The position numbers and the translations under genes are program-made. Shown piece by piece: positions 44,396 to 55,466 of a stretch of DNA of 64,000 nucleotides. The notes below the pieces were generated by a model. It was not told where the DNA came from. It saw nothing but the letters and a program-made list of their open reading frames with translations, and ran no database searches. Location: the NCBI RefSeq assembly GCF_046295595.1, contig NZ_JBKBMX010000012.1:22164-86163 (forward strand), given 5' to 3'. How positions within the stretch are numbered: the stretch's first letter is position 1; the number at the start of each line of letters is the position of its first letter. The DNA is from Brevundimonas sp. Its GTDB lineage: Bacteria; Pseudomonadota; Alphaproteobacteria; Caulobacterales; Caulobacteraceae.

Positions 44396-46147
44396 TCACC
44401 CCATCCACAGCGTCGCGGGATGCTCCAGCAGGCCCTTGATCCGCTGCACGAACACAGCCGCGTCGTGGCCGTCGACGATGCGGTGATCGAAGCTGGAAGA
44501 CAGGTTCATCATCTTGCGCACGACCATCTGGCCGTCCTTCACGACGACCCGCTCGGCGATCTTGTTGGGGCCGACGATGGCGACCTCGGGGTGGTTGATG
44601 ATCGGGGTGTGGACGACCCCGCCCAGGGTGCCCAGCGAGGTGATGGTGATGGTCGAGCCGCTGAGTTCGTCGCGGGTCGCCTTGCCGGACTTGGCGGCGC
44701 TGGAGACGCGGGCGATCTCGGCGGCCGTGTCGTAGGGGTCGCGGGCCTCGGCGTGGCGCACCACCGGGACCATCAGGCCGTTCGGCGTCTGGGCGGCGAT
44801 GCCGAGGTGGACGGCGGCGTGGGTGATCAGGACGCCGCCCTCGTCGTCGTAGTGCGAGTTGATCGTCGGCTGGTCGCGCAGGGCGACGACGATGGCGCGG
44901 GCGATGAACGGCAGGACGTTCAGCTTGGGCTGGTCGCCCTTGCGGTTGGCGTTGAGGTGGGCGCGGAGCTCCTCAAGGGCCGTGACGTCGATCTCCTCGA
45001 CATAGGTGATGTGGGGGATGCGGCGGACGCTGTCCGCCATCTTCTCCGCGATCTTGCGGCGCAGGCCGATGATGCGGGTTTCCGTGGTTCCCTCGGCGCG
45101 GGCGTAGGTGGAGGCGTTGGATGATCCGAGAGCGGACGATCCGCTGGAGCCCTGGGCGACATAGGCGTCGAGGTCCCCGTGTTCGATGCGGCCGGCCGGG
45201 CCGGAACCGGGCACGAACTGCAGTTCGACGCCGAGCTCGCGGGCGCGGTTGCGCACGGCGGGAGAAGCGAGCGGGCGTTCGCCGCGGGCGGAGAGGGTGC
45301 GGGCCTTGCCCCCCTCCCCCGCTTCGCGGGTACTCCCCCCTGTGGGGGGAGAATGAGGAGCCGCCGGCGGCGGGGCCATTCCTACCCCATCGGGGGTGGA
45401 GGAGAGGTCGGCGGAGCCGGCCTGACGACCGGACCGCGCTTGCGCGGTGGAGGGGGCCGGTGCGGGCGCGGAGCCCTGATTGCCCTTGCCCTCGACCTGG
45501 AAGCTGACCAGCGGCCCGCCGACGGCGATCTGCCGGCCCGCCTCGCCGTGCAGGGCGACGACGGTTCCGGCGACCGGCGAGGTCAGTTCGACGGTGGCCT
45601 TGTCGGTCATGACCTCGGCGAGAAGCTGGTCCTCGGCGACGACGTCGCCGATCGCGACGTGCCAGCCGACCAGCTCGGCCTCGGCCGTGCCTTCGCCGAC
45701 GTCGGGCAGTTTGAAGACGTGGTTTCCGGGGGATGCGGCGACGGGCGCCCCTCCACCAGCCTTCGGCTGGTCCCCCTCCCCACTGCGTGGGAAGGAGACG
45801 GAAGCGACGACGGCGGCCGTCTCCTCCCCGTCCGCGCTTGCGGATGGGGAGGGGGACCGCGAAGCGGTGGAGGGGCTGTCGGCGACAGCACTGGCGTTCC
45901 CCGCCCCCTCGACCTCGAACTCCACCAGCGGCGAGCCCACGGCCAGCTGCTGGCCCGGCTCGCCATGCGCGGCGAGCACCTTGCCGGCCACAGGCGAGGT
46001 CAGCTCCACCGTCGCCTTGTCGGTCATTATGTCGGCGATGATCTGGTCCTCGGCGACCGTGTCCCCGACCGCGACATGCCAGGCGACCAGTTCGGCCTCG
46101 GCCGTACCCTCGCCGACATCGGGCAGTTTGAAGACGTAACGACCCAT
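44396..46147 (-). CDS. bkdB: Branched-chain alpha-keto acid dehydrogenase E2, two lipoyl domains
   Basis: Two FKLPDVGEG...MTDKATVE lipoyl domains, the E3-binding LASPAVR..ARE motif and catalytic FDHRIVDG. Confidence 0.93.
   Translation of the reverse strand: MGRYVFKLPDVGEGTAEAELVAWHVAVGDTVAEDQIIADIMTDKATVELTSPVAGKVLAAHGEPGQQLAVGSPLVEFEVEGAGNASAVADSPSTASRSPSPSASADGEETAAVVASVSFPRSGEGDQPKAGGGAPVAASPGNHVFKLPDVGEGTAEAELVGWHVAIGDVVAEDQLLAEVMTDKATVELTSPVAGTVVALHGEAGRQIAVGGPLVSFQVEGKGNQGSAPAPAPSTAQARSGRQAGSADLSSTPDGVGMAPPPAAPHSPPTGGSTREAGEGGKARTLSARGERPLASPAVRNRARELGVELQFVPGSGPAGRIEHGDLDAYVAQGSSGSSALGSSNASTYARAEGTTETRIIGLRRKIAEKMADSVRRIPHITYVEEIDVTALEELRAHLNANRKGDQPKLNVLPFIARAIVVALRDQPTINSHYDDEGGVLITHAAVHLGIAAQTPNGLMVPVVRHAEARDPYDTAAEIARVSSAAKSGKATRDELSGSTITITSLGTLGGVVHTPIINHPEVAIVGPNKIAERVVVKDGQMVVRKMMNLSSSFDHRIVDGHDAAVFVQRIKGLLEHPATLWMG
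45309..45430. repeat. Palindromic element inside bkdB coding sequence (linker 2)
   Basis: CCCCTCCCCCGCTTCGCGGGTACTCCCCCC-TGT-GGGGGGAGAAT ... ATTCCTACCCC-ATC-GGGGGTGGAGG arms; encodes GRQAGSADLSSTPDGVGMAPPPAAPHSPPTGGSTREAGEGG. Confidence 0.75.
45748..45875. repeat. Palindromic element inside bkdB coding sequence (linker 1)
   Basis: Shares the exact 30-mer GGGGAGGGGGACCGCGAAGCGGTGGAGGGG (45846-45875) with the intergenic copy (57692-57721); encodes SPSTASRSPSPSASADGEETAAVVASVSFPRSGEGDQPKAGGG. Confidence 0.9.
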
Positions 46148-46148
46148 C

Positions 46149-47276
<1,128 letters not shown>

Positions 47277-47278
47277 GG

Positions 47279-48511
47279 TCAGACCCCCACCTCGCGGCGC
47301 TGTTCGGTGATGCGCCAGTCGTCGGTGGCGTAGACCTCCTCGAACATGGTCTTCACCGAGGGGCGCGACTGGCCCAGGGTGCCGATGGCCTCGGACTCCT
47401 TGCCGGCGGCGCGGACCTGGTCGACGGCCTCGGCCTCGGCGGCCGTCTGCTGCTCGTCGGACCATTCGCCGAGGGCGATCAGGTGCTGTTTCAGCCGGGC
47501 GATCGGGTCGCCGAGCGGCCATTTGTCGTGCTCGTCGGCGGGGCGGTAGCGGCTGGGATCGTCCGAGGTCGAGTGGGGCGCGCCGCGGTAGGTGAACAGC
47601 TCGATGACCGTCGCGCCCTGGTTGGAGCGGGCCCGCTCCTCGGCCCACTGGGTCGCGGCCCAGACGGCGAGGAAGTCGTTGCCGTCGACGCGCAGGGCCG
47701 GCAGGCCGTAGCCGATGGCCTTGGAGGCGAAGGTGGTCTCCAGCCCGCCGGCGATGCCCTGGAAGGAGCTGATGGCCCACTGGTTGTTGACGATGTTGAG
47801 GATCACCGGGGCGCGATAGACGCTGGCGAAGGTCAGGGCGTTGTGGAAATCGCCCTCGGCCGTGGCCCCGTCGCCGATCCAGCTGATGGCGATCTTGTCG
47901 TCGCCCTTGTAGGCGCTGGCCATGGCCCAGCCGACCGCTTGAGGAACTTGCGTGCCGAGATTGCCGCTGATGGTGAAGAAGCCGTAGTCCTTCGCCGAAT
48001 ACATGATCGGCAGCTGGCGGCCTTTGATCGGGTCTTCGGCGTTGGAATAGATCTGGTTCATCATCGTCGCCAGCGGATAGCCGCGCGCGATCAGCAGGCC
48101 CTGCTGGCGGTAGGTCGGGAAGCCCATGTCCTCGCGCGACAGGATCATGCCCTGGGCCACGGCGATGGCCTCCTCTCCGGTGCATTTCATATAGAAGCTG
48201 GTCTTGCCCTGACGGTGGGCGCGATGCATCCGGTCGTCGAAGGCGCGGGTCAGGATCATGGCCTTGAGGCCCTTGCGCAGGGTGTCGGCGTCCAGCCTGG
48301 GATTCCACGGCCCGACGGCCTGGCCGGCGTCGTCGAGCACCCGGATCAGGCGGAAGGCGTGGTCGCGCATGTCGAATGGCGCGGTCGCGACCTCGGGGCG
48401 TTCGACGGCGCCCGCCGGGTCCAGCTTCAGATGGCTGAAATCCGTCGGATCGCCCGGCCGGCCCGAAGGCTCCGGCACGCGCAGCGACAAACGTTGGCTG
48501 TTCTTCGTCAT
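47279..48511 (-). CDS. bkdA1: Branched-chain alpha-keto acid dehydrogenase E1 alpha
   Basis: RQGKTSFYM, FPTYRQQG, TPP motif GDGATAEGDFH...NNQWAIS, HSTSDDPSRYR. Confidence 0.95.
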   Translation of the reverse strand: MTKNSQRLSLRVPEPSGRPGDPTDFSHLKLDPAGAVERPEVATAPFDMRDHAFRLIRVLDDAGQAVGPWNPRLDADTLRKGLKAMILTRAFDDRMHRAHRQGKTSFYMKCTGEEAIAVAQGMILSREDMGFPTYRQQGLLIARGYPLATMMNQIYSNAEDPIKGRQLPIMYSAKDYGFFTISGNLGTQVPQAVGWAMASAYKGDDKIAISWIGDGATAEGDFHNALTFASVYRAPVILNIVNNQWAISSFQGIAGGLETTFASKAIGYGLPALRVDGNDFLAVWAATQWAEERARSNQGATVIELFTYRGAPHSTSDDPSRYRPADEHDKWPLGDPIARLKQHLIALGEWSDEQQTAAEAEAVDQVRAAGKESEAIGTLGQSRPSVKTMFEEVYATDDWRITEQRREVGV

Positions 48512-48655
48512 TCCGTCCTGCCGTCCGGTTGATCCGACCGCGTTTCCTGCGAGCGATTTAGCACGAGGCGCCCGGCAAGGCTCGCCTGAATTTGACCTTG
48601 CACTGTGCGGATCGGAGGTATTTTATTGCGTCATAATAAGAACCGGAGGAACGCC

Positions 48656-49144
48656 TTGGCTGATGACCTGGATCCCGTAGACGCCCGAATTCTGGACATC
48701 CTGCAACAGGACGCAGGGCTGTCGGTCGCCGAGGTGGCCGAGCGCGTCGGCCTGTCGGCCTCGCCGTGCTGGCGCCGGATCAAGAGACTGGAGGATACCG
48801 GCTTCATCCGCAAGCGGGTGACCCTGCTGGACGCCGCCAAGCTGGGCCTCGATTTCGAGGTCTACGCCATCGTCAAGCTGAACCTGCCGTCGACGGACAA
48901 TTTGAACGTCTTCGAGGCCGCTGTCGCCAACTGGCCGGAGGTGGTGCAGTGCGCCACCATCACCGGGCGCGAGGACTATGTGCTGCGGATCATCACCTCC
49001 GACATGCACGCCTTCGACCTGTTCCTGCGCGAGAAACTGCTCAGCCTCGGCATCGTCTCGGACTGCGAGAGCCACATCGTCACCCGCGGCGTGAAGAATG
49101 TGACCTCCCTGCCTCTTGGCATCATCACCCCGCACGTCGGATAG
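48656..49144 (+). CDS. Lrp/AsnC family regulator (BkdR-like), divergent from bkd operon
   Basis: TTG 48656 after GGAGGA; LDPVDARILDILQ..., VGLSASPCWRRIKRLE, TGREDYVLRI. Confidence 0.9.
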   Translation: MADDLDPVDARILDILQQDAGLSVAEVAERVGLSASPCWRRIKRLEDTGFIRKRVTLLDAAKLGLDFEVYAIVKLNLPSTDNLNVFEAAVANWPEVVQCATITGREDYVLRIITSDMHAFDLFLREKLLSLGIVSDCESHIVTRGVKNVTSLPLGIITPHVG

Positions 49145-49181
49145 TCCGGTTCGGCGCGCGCGGCGCCGTGGGGGATTCGAC

Positions 49182-50123
49182 ATGATCGAAATGGTGATCG
49201 ACGCCCGGCGCAAGGATCTCGGCGGTTTCGAGGTCGGCCGGGTGCTGCCGTTCCACGCCAGGCGCATGGTCGGGCCGTTCATCTTCCTCGACCAGATGGG
49301 GCCGGCCGAGTTCGCGCCGGGGGCCGAGGCGATCAATGTTCGGCCGCATCCGCACATCGGCCTGTCGACCCTGAGCTATCTGTTCGAGGGCGAGATCATG
49401 CACCGGGACAACACCGGCGCGACCCAGGCCATCCGCCCGGGCGAGGTCAACTGGATGACCGCGGGCAAGGGCATCGTCCATTCCGAACGGACCGATCCGC
49501 TGAAGAAGAGCCAGGGCGGGCGGATGCACGGCATGCAGGCGTGGATCGCCCTGCCGGAGGAGGCCGAGGAGGTCGATCCATCCTTCCATCACCACGGCGA
49601 GGAGGGCCAGCCGGCCTATGAAAACGGCGGCCTGTTCGCGCGGCTGGTGGCCGGCGAGGCCTATGGCGCCAGGGCGGCCGCGCCGGTGTCGTCGCCGCTG
49701 TTCTATGTCCACTGGGATCTGGCCGAGGGGGTGCGCACCACCCCGCCGCCAGGCCGGGGCGTCGCCGGCGGCTATTCGGAGCGGGCCCTGTATGTGGCGA
49801 AGGGCGAGATCGAGGTCGGCGACCGCGTCTTCCACGAAGGCCAGATGATCGTGCTGGAGCCGACGGCCGAGCCGACGGTGCGGGCGCTGCGGCCCTCGTC
49901 GGTCATGGTGCTGGGCGGCGAGCCGGTCGGACCGCGGCTGATCTGGTGGAATTTCGTCCACTCCAAACAGGAGCGGATCGATCAGGCCAAGGCCGACTGG
50001 CAGGCCGGCCGGATGCGTCTGCCGACCGAGGACGACATCGAATTCATCCCCCTGCCCGACGTGCCGTCGACGCCCGAACCGGCCCCGGCGGCCACGAAGC
50101 CGGAGCCGACCCACCCGGTCTGA
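49182..50123 (+). CDS. Pirin family protein
   Basis: VGPFIFLDQMGP, PHPHIGLST, NWMTAGKGIVHSE, WWNFV. Confidence 0.93.
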   Translation: MIEMVIDARRKDLGGFEVGRVLPFHARRMVGPFIFLDQMGPAEFAPGAEAINVRPHPHIGLSTLSYLFEGEIMHRDNTGATQAIRPGEVNWMTAGKGIVHSERTDPLKKSQGGRMHGMQAWIALPEEAEEVDPSFHHHGEEGQPAYENGGLFARLVAGEAYGARAAAPVSSPLFYVHWDLAEGVRTTPPPGRGVAGGYSERALYVAKGEIEVGDRVFHEGQMIVLEPTAEPTVRALRPSSVMVLGGEPVGPRLIWWNFVHSKQERIDQAKADWQAGRMRLPTEDDIEFIPLPDVPSTPEPAPAATKPEPTHPV

Positions 50124-50169
50124 GCCGAGCGGGTCTTGAATCGCAACGGCCTGACCCGATCTAGGGGCC

Positions 50170-51156
<987 letters not shown>

Positions 51157-51251
51157 GCGAGGCCGCCTGAAGCGCGGGCCGCCATTACCAATCCTTAAAT
51201 GGTGAAGCTTGGTCCGGCGGGGCATACGGCGAGCAGATCAGGAGCTCCGCC

Positions 51252-52724
51252 ATGCGCCTTGCCGCTGTCGTCCTCGGGTGTGCGCTCGCCGCCGGCCCCG
51301 CCGCCCTCGCCCAGACCGCGCCCGCCGCGCCGCCGGCCTTCGACTCGGCCGGATGGGTCGCCGACCTCGAACAGGTGCGGCAGGCGATGTCGTCCCACTA
51401 CGCCAATCTGGAATGGGCCGCGACCGAGCGGGAGGCGCCGCTGGGCGCCCTGTTCGCCACGGGCGGTCAGCGGCTGGCCGCGGCCCGCCACGAGGCCGAG
51501 GCGCGCGAGGTGTTCGAGCGGCTGGAACGCTATCTCGGCGACGGCCATGTCGACTTCGTCTGGCCCCGGGCGGGCGCGCCGGGCCCGGCGGCCGGCGCCC
51601 CGGAGGCCGACACGCGCCCGCCGTGCGAACGACTGGGCTTCCGCGCCGACCCGCGGGACGGCGGCGCCGTCGCCACCCGCCTGCCCGGCTATCGCCCGCT
51701 GGACGGCGAAAGCGGCTTCCCCGCCGGCGTCGTCGAGGTCGACGGCCAGACGGTCGGCGTGATCCGCATCGCCCTGTTCTCGCCGCAGGCCCATCCGACG
51801 GCCTGCGCGGCGGCGCTTGCGGAGCTGAGGCCCGCCGGCGAGCCGTGCGACGAGGCCTGCGCGGACCGGCTATGGACCCTCGCCGCCGACCGGGTGACGG
51901 CAGACCTTTCGGACCGGCTGCGCGCGCTGAAGGCGGCCGGCGCCACGAGTTTGATGGTCGATATCGCCGGGAACGGCGGCGGGACGGAATGGGTCGAGGC
52001 GGTGGCGCGGATCGTGACGCCCGTCCCGCTGCGCTCGGCGCGGGTCGGCTTCGTGCGTCATCCCCACTGGGTCGAGGCCTTCGCCGATGGGGAGCGACGC
52101 ATGCGCGAGGCGGCGGTGGGCCAGCCGGCGGCAGACCGCGCCCGGCTGGAAGGCTATGCCGCGGCCTATGCGGCGGCCCGGGCGCAGGCGGAACAGCCGT
52201 GCGATCCCGCGCCCCTGTTCGAGGGTCAGACCCTCGACTGCGAATGGCTGGGCCGCGGCGACCTGTACAGCACCGGCCCGATGGCGGCGCTCGACCCGGC
52301 GATCATCGGCAAGCCATGGGCGGCCGAGGTGTTCACGCCGCTGGCCTTCGCCTTCGAGCCCGGGGTCTGGCGCGGGCCGCTGGTCGTTCTGGTGGACGGC
52401 GCGACGGCCTCGGCCAGCGAGGAGTTCGCCGCCCTGCTGCAGGACAACCAGGCGGCGATCATTCTCGGCGCGCCGACCGTCGGGGCCGGCTGCGGGCATA
52501 CGCGCGGCGGCATCGATGTGGTGCTTCGGCACAGCGGGGCCACCCTGCGCCTGCCCGACTGCGCCCGCTTCCGGGCCGACGGGAGCAATGAGGTGGCGGG
52601 GATCGATCCGGACGTGCTGATCGGCTTCCGCCAGAACGACGGCCCGACGCGGCGCGTCAAGCGGCTGGCGGCGGCCCTGCCGGTCGCGATCGACCGGGCG
52701 CAGCGGCAGGCGGCTGACCGCTAG
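51252..52724 (+). CDS. Secreted S41-family peptidase-like protein
   Basis: Signal peptide; DIAGNGGG and VLVDGATASASE (catalytic Ser region), GIDPDV. Confidence 0.78.
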   Translation: MRLAAVVLGCALAAGPAALAQTAPAAPPAFDSAGWVADLEQVRQAMSSHYANLEWAATEREAPLGALFATGGQRLAAARHEAEAREVFERLERYLGDGHVDFVWPRAGAPGPAAGAPEADTRPPCERLGFRADPRDGGAVATRLPGYRPLDGESGFPAGVVEVDGQTVGVIRIALFSPQAHPTACAAALAELRPAGEPCDEACADRLWTLAADRVTADLSDRLRALKAAGATSLMVDIAGNGGGTEWVEAVARIVTPVPLRSARVGFVRHPHWVEAFADGERRMREAAVGQPAADRARLEGYAAAYAAARAQAEQPCDPAPLFEGQTLDCEWLGRGDLYSTGPMAALDPAIIGKPWAAEVFTPLAFAFEPGVWRGPLVVLVDGATASASEEFAALLQDNQAAIILGAPTVGAGCGHTRGGIDVVLRHSGATLRLPDCARFRADGSNEVAGIDPDVLIGFRQNDGPTRRVKRLAAALPVAIDRAQRQAADR

Positions 52725-53692
52725 GCCGGCAGGCCGCGCAGAAACTCCAGCAGCCGCCGGTTCACCTCGTCGGGCCGTTCCTGCTGCAGCCAGTGGCCGG
52801 CGCCGGGGATGACGTCCTGCATGCGCAGATCGGGGATCCAGTCCTTGAGCCCGGCCTCGTGCTGACCTGAATAGTTCCGCACCGGATCCCGCTCGCCGAC
52901 GACGAAGGCGGCCGGGACCGTGATGCGGGCGTCCTGCAGGAAGGCGGTCGCGGCCCAGTTGGCGTCGAGCCGGCGGTACCAGTCCAGCGGGCCCTTGAAG
53001 CCGCCGGCGGAGAAGGCGGCGACATATCCGGCGAAATGCGCCTCGCCCATCCACGGCGGCAGGGTCGCGTCGTCGGGGACGACGGAGATGAAGTCCTCGC
53101 CCTCGGGGATGAAGCCGGTCGACTGGCGCTCGTCGGGGGTGGCGCCGTCGTAGCCGTAAAAGCCCTTGCGCAGGGCCGTGGCCGGATCGGCGTCGAAGGG
53201 TTCGTGGGCGTCCGCCGCCTGGAAACGGCTGATGTAGAGATCGCCGCGCCCCAGCCGTTTCGAGATCGCCGCCATGGCCGGCGTCGGCGGCCCCTTGGCC
53301 CGGCGCGGCTGGAACGGCACCGACAGGCCGAAGACCGCCCGGAAGAGGTCCGGCCGCAGCAGGGCGCAGTGCCAGGCCACCGGCGCGCCCCAGTCGTGGC
53401 CGACGACGACGCACGACGTCTCGCCCAGCGCCCGGACCAGATCGACCATGTCGCCGACGAGGTCGAGGATGCCGTAGGCGTCGGTCCCGGCCGGCTTGTC
53501 GGTCCCGCCATAGCCGCGCATGTCCGGGGCGACGGCGTGATAGCCGGCGTCGGCGAGCACCTGAACCTGGGCGCGCCAACTGATCGACAGCTCGGGAAAG
53601 CCGTGGATCAGCAGCACCAGCGGACCGGAGCCGGCCTCGAGGATGTGCTGGGTCAGGCCGTCGGTCTGGAGGAGGCGCGTCTGTGAGGTCAT
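52721..53692 (-). CDS. Alpha/beta hydrolase, epoxide hydrolase-like
   Basis: LIHGFPE, APDMRGYG, nucleophile GHDWGA, GAGHWLQQERP. ATG 53692. Confidence 0.9.
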   Translation of the reverse strand: MTSQTRLLQTDGLTQHILEAGSGPLVLLIHGFPELSISWRAQVQVLADAGYHAVAPDMRGYGGTDKPAGTDAYGILDLVGDMVDLVRALGETSCVVVGHDWGAPVAWHCALLRPDLFRAVFGLSVPFQPRRAKGPPTPAMAAISKRLGRGDLYISRFQAADAHEPFDADPATALRKGFYGYDGATPDERQSTGFIPEGEDFISVVPDDATLPPWMGEAHFAGYVAAFSAGGFKGPLDWYRRLDANWAATAFLQDARITVPAAFVVGERDPVRNYSGQHEAGLKDWIPDLRMQDVIPGAGHWLQQERPDEVNRRLLEFLRGLPA

Positions 53693-53795
53693 GCCCAAGG
53701 GTGCACCACCCCGCCGATCCCGCAAGGTCTGACCGGGGCGCGGTTGTCCATCCGGACAAATCAGGGCTGAGTGACGCATCGCCGGAGCGCCACCT

Positions 53796-54827
53796 GTGAA
53801 GACCTTTCTCGCGACAATCCTCTGCGCCCTGCTGCTCGCCTCGTGCGCCAGCCTCCCGCCGCCGGCCACCGTGATCTCGGGTTCCGAAACGGTCACACCC
53901 AGGGGAAGCCAGGACCGGGTCACAGGCGCGGCCATCTGGTCCGGGGGCCTCGGCAACGAGCCTGGCATGGCTCGAGCGGGTTTCGTGGCCAGCGCGGCGC
54001 GCTCGGAGAGCCTGATCATCCATGACTTCGAGGGGGCGATCCTTCAAAGGGTCCCCGGCGCGCCCCTGAGCGATCTTGAAGTCGCCGTGCTCCCTCTTGA
54101 GGACAGCTATGCCGTGGTCGTGGCCGGAACGCGACGCAGGTCCGGCCGGACCAGCATCGCCTTGTTCCGGCTTGATCGCGGAGCGGACCAGATGGTTCGA
54201 ACCTGGGGAGAGGTCGGCACGGACCTGGGCGAACCCGCTGGGTTCTGCATGAGGCAGTGGCGCGGCGTCCTTCAGGCCGTAGTCGTGGACCGCCGCGGCG
54301 AGGCCCGGCAGTTCACCGTGACGCAAGATCCCTCAGGCGAGCCCGCGCTCACGGAGACGCGGCGCTTCCGGGTCGCCGGGGCCGGACAGGGTTGCGCCAT
54401 CGATCCCGGCGGCCGCATCTTCTTCAGCCATGCGCGTCAAGGATTCTGGGCTTATCCGCTTGATCCGGACGCCAGCGCGCCGCCGATCCGGATGATCGCC
54501 CCGACGCCCCGCAACGCTCCCCGCAGTACCGGCGTGTCGTTCCTGCACCGCGATTTCGGGGGTTATCTGGCCAGTCTGGACCAGGATGCGGCCGGCTTCT
54601 CCGTGTGGCGGATCCAGCGACAGGATCTGGCCTGGGTCGGCCGGTTCCGGGTGCTGGACGGACCCGGTGGACGCCCGGTCCGAAGCCTTGGCGGGATTGA
54701 CGCCTATGGGGATGACATCGGCCCCTTCAAGGAAGGGCTTGTCGTTGTTCAGGACGAGGCGAACGATGGCCCGCCGAACCTGAAATTCGTCGACTGGTCC
54801 GCCGTCAGGATCGCGCTGGGCCTCTAG
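53796..54827 (+). CDS. Beta-propeller phytase-like lipoprotein (degenerate active site)
   Basis: Lipobox LASC; blades recall beta-propeller phytases (AIW, EPxGFC, GCAID, [10 protein letters not shown], NLKFVDW). Confidence 0.65.
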   Translation: MKTFLATILCALLLASCASLPPPATVISGSETVTPRGSQDRVTGAAIWSGGLGNEPGMARAGFVASAARSESLIIHDFEGAILQRVPGAPLSDLEVAVLPLEDSYAVVVAGTRRRSGRTSIALFRLDRGADQMVRTWGEVGTDLGEPAGFCMRQWRGVLQAVVVDRRGEARQFTVTQDPSGEPALTETRRFRVAGAGQGCAIDPGGRIFFSHARQGFWAYPLDPDASAPPIRMIAPTPRNAPRSTGVSFLHRDFGGYLASLDQDAAGFSVWRIQRQDLAWVGRFRVLDGPGGRPVRSLGGIDAYGDDIGPFKEGLVVVQDEANDGPPNLKFVDWSAVRIALGL

Positions 54828-55465
54828 AGCTCGACGCCCGTCGTGCGCATGATCTCGGCGCGCAGCTCGGGCATGCCGTCGCCCTTTTCGGCCGAGGTGA
54901 CGATGACCGCCGGATAGGCGGCGCCGCGCTTGGAAACGCCCTTCAGGGTCGCCGCCTGGACCTTTTCGGCCTCGCCCTTCTTGAGCTTGTCGGCCTTGGT
55001 CAGGATGATCTGATAGCTGACGGCGGCCAGATCCAGCGCGTCCAGCGCCTCGTCGTCGACCTTCTTGAGCCCGTGACGGGCGTCGATCAGCAGATAGACC
55101 CGCTTCAGCGTGACCCGACCGCGCAGATAGTCGCGGCCGAGGTCCTGGAATTTCTTCACCGTCGATTTCGACGCCTTGGCCCAGCCGTAGCCGGGCAGGT
55201 CGACCAGCCGCAGCTTGCCGTCGAGATCGAAGAAATTGACCTCGCGCGTGCGGCCCGGCTCGTTCGAGGCCCGGGCCAGCTTGTGCATGCCGACCAGGCC
55301 GTTGATCAGGCTGGACTTGCCGACATTGGACCGGCCGGCGAAGGCGATCTCGGGCAGGTCGGGATCGGGCAGTTGCTCGATCTTGGCCGCGCCCATGACG
55401 AAGGTGGCCGGGCGCGCGAACAGGATGCGCGCCTGTTCCAGCTGCTCGGGCGTGAAATCGTCCAA
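54824..55465 (-). CDS. yihA: Ribosome biogenesis GTPase YihA/YsxC (EngB)
   Basis: [38 protein letters not shown]. Confidence 0.95.
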   Translation of the reverse strand: MDDFTPEQLEQARILFARPATFVMGAAKIEQLPDPDLPEIAFAGRSNVGKSSLINGLVGMHKLARASNEPGRTREVNFFDLDGKLRLVDLPGYGWAKASKSTVKKFQDLGRDYLRGRVTLKRVYLLIDARHGLKKVDDEALDALDLAAVSYQIILTKADKLKKGEAEKVQAATLKGVSKRGAAYPAVIVTSAEKGDGMPELRAEIMRTTGVEL

Positions 55466-55466
55466 C

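Noticed and set aside
51184-51200. CtrA box upstream of the S41 peptidase
   Set aside because: The best match needs N6 spacing or a shifted second half-site, which is not canonical TTAA-N7-TTAA.
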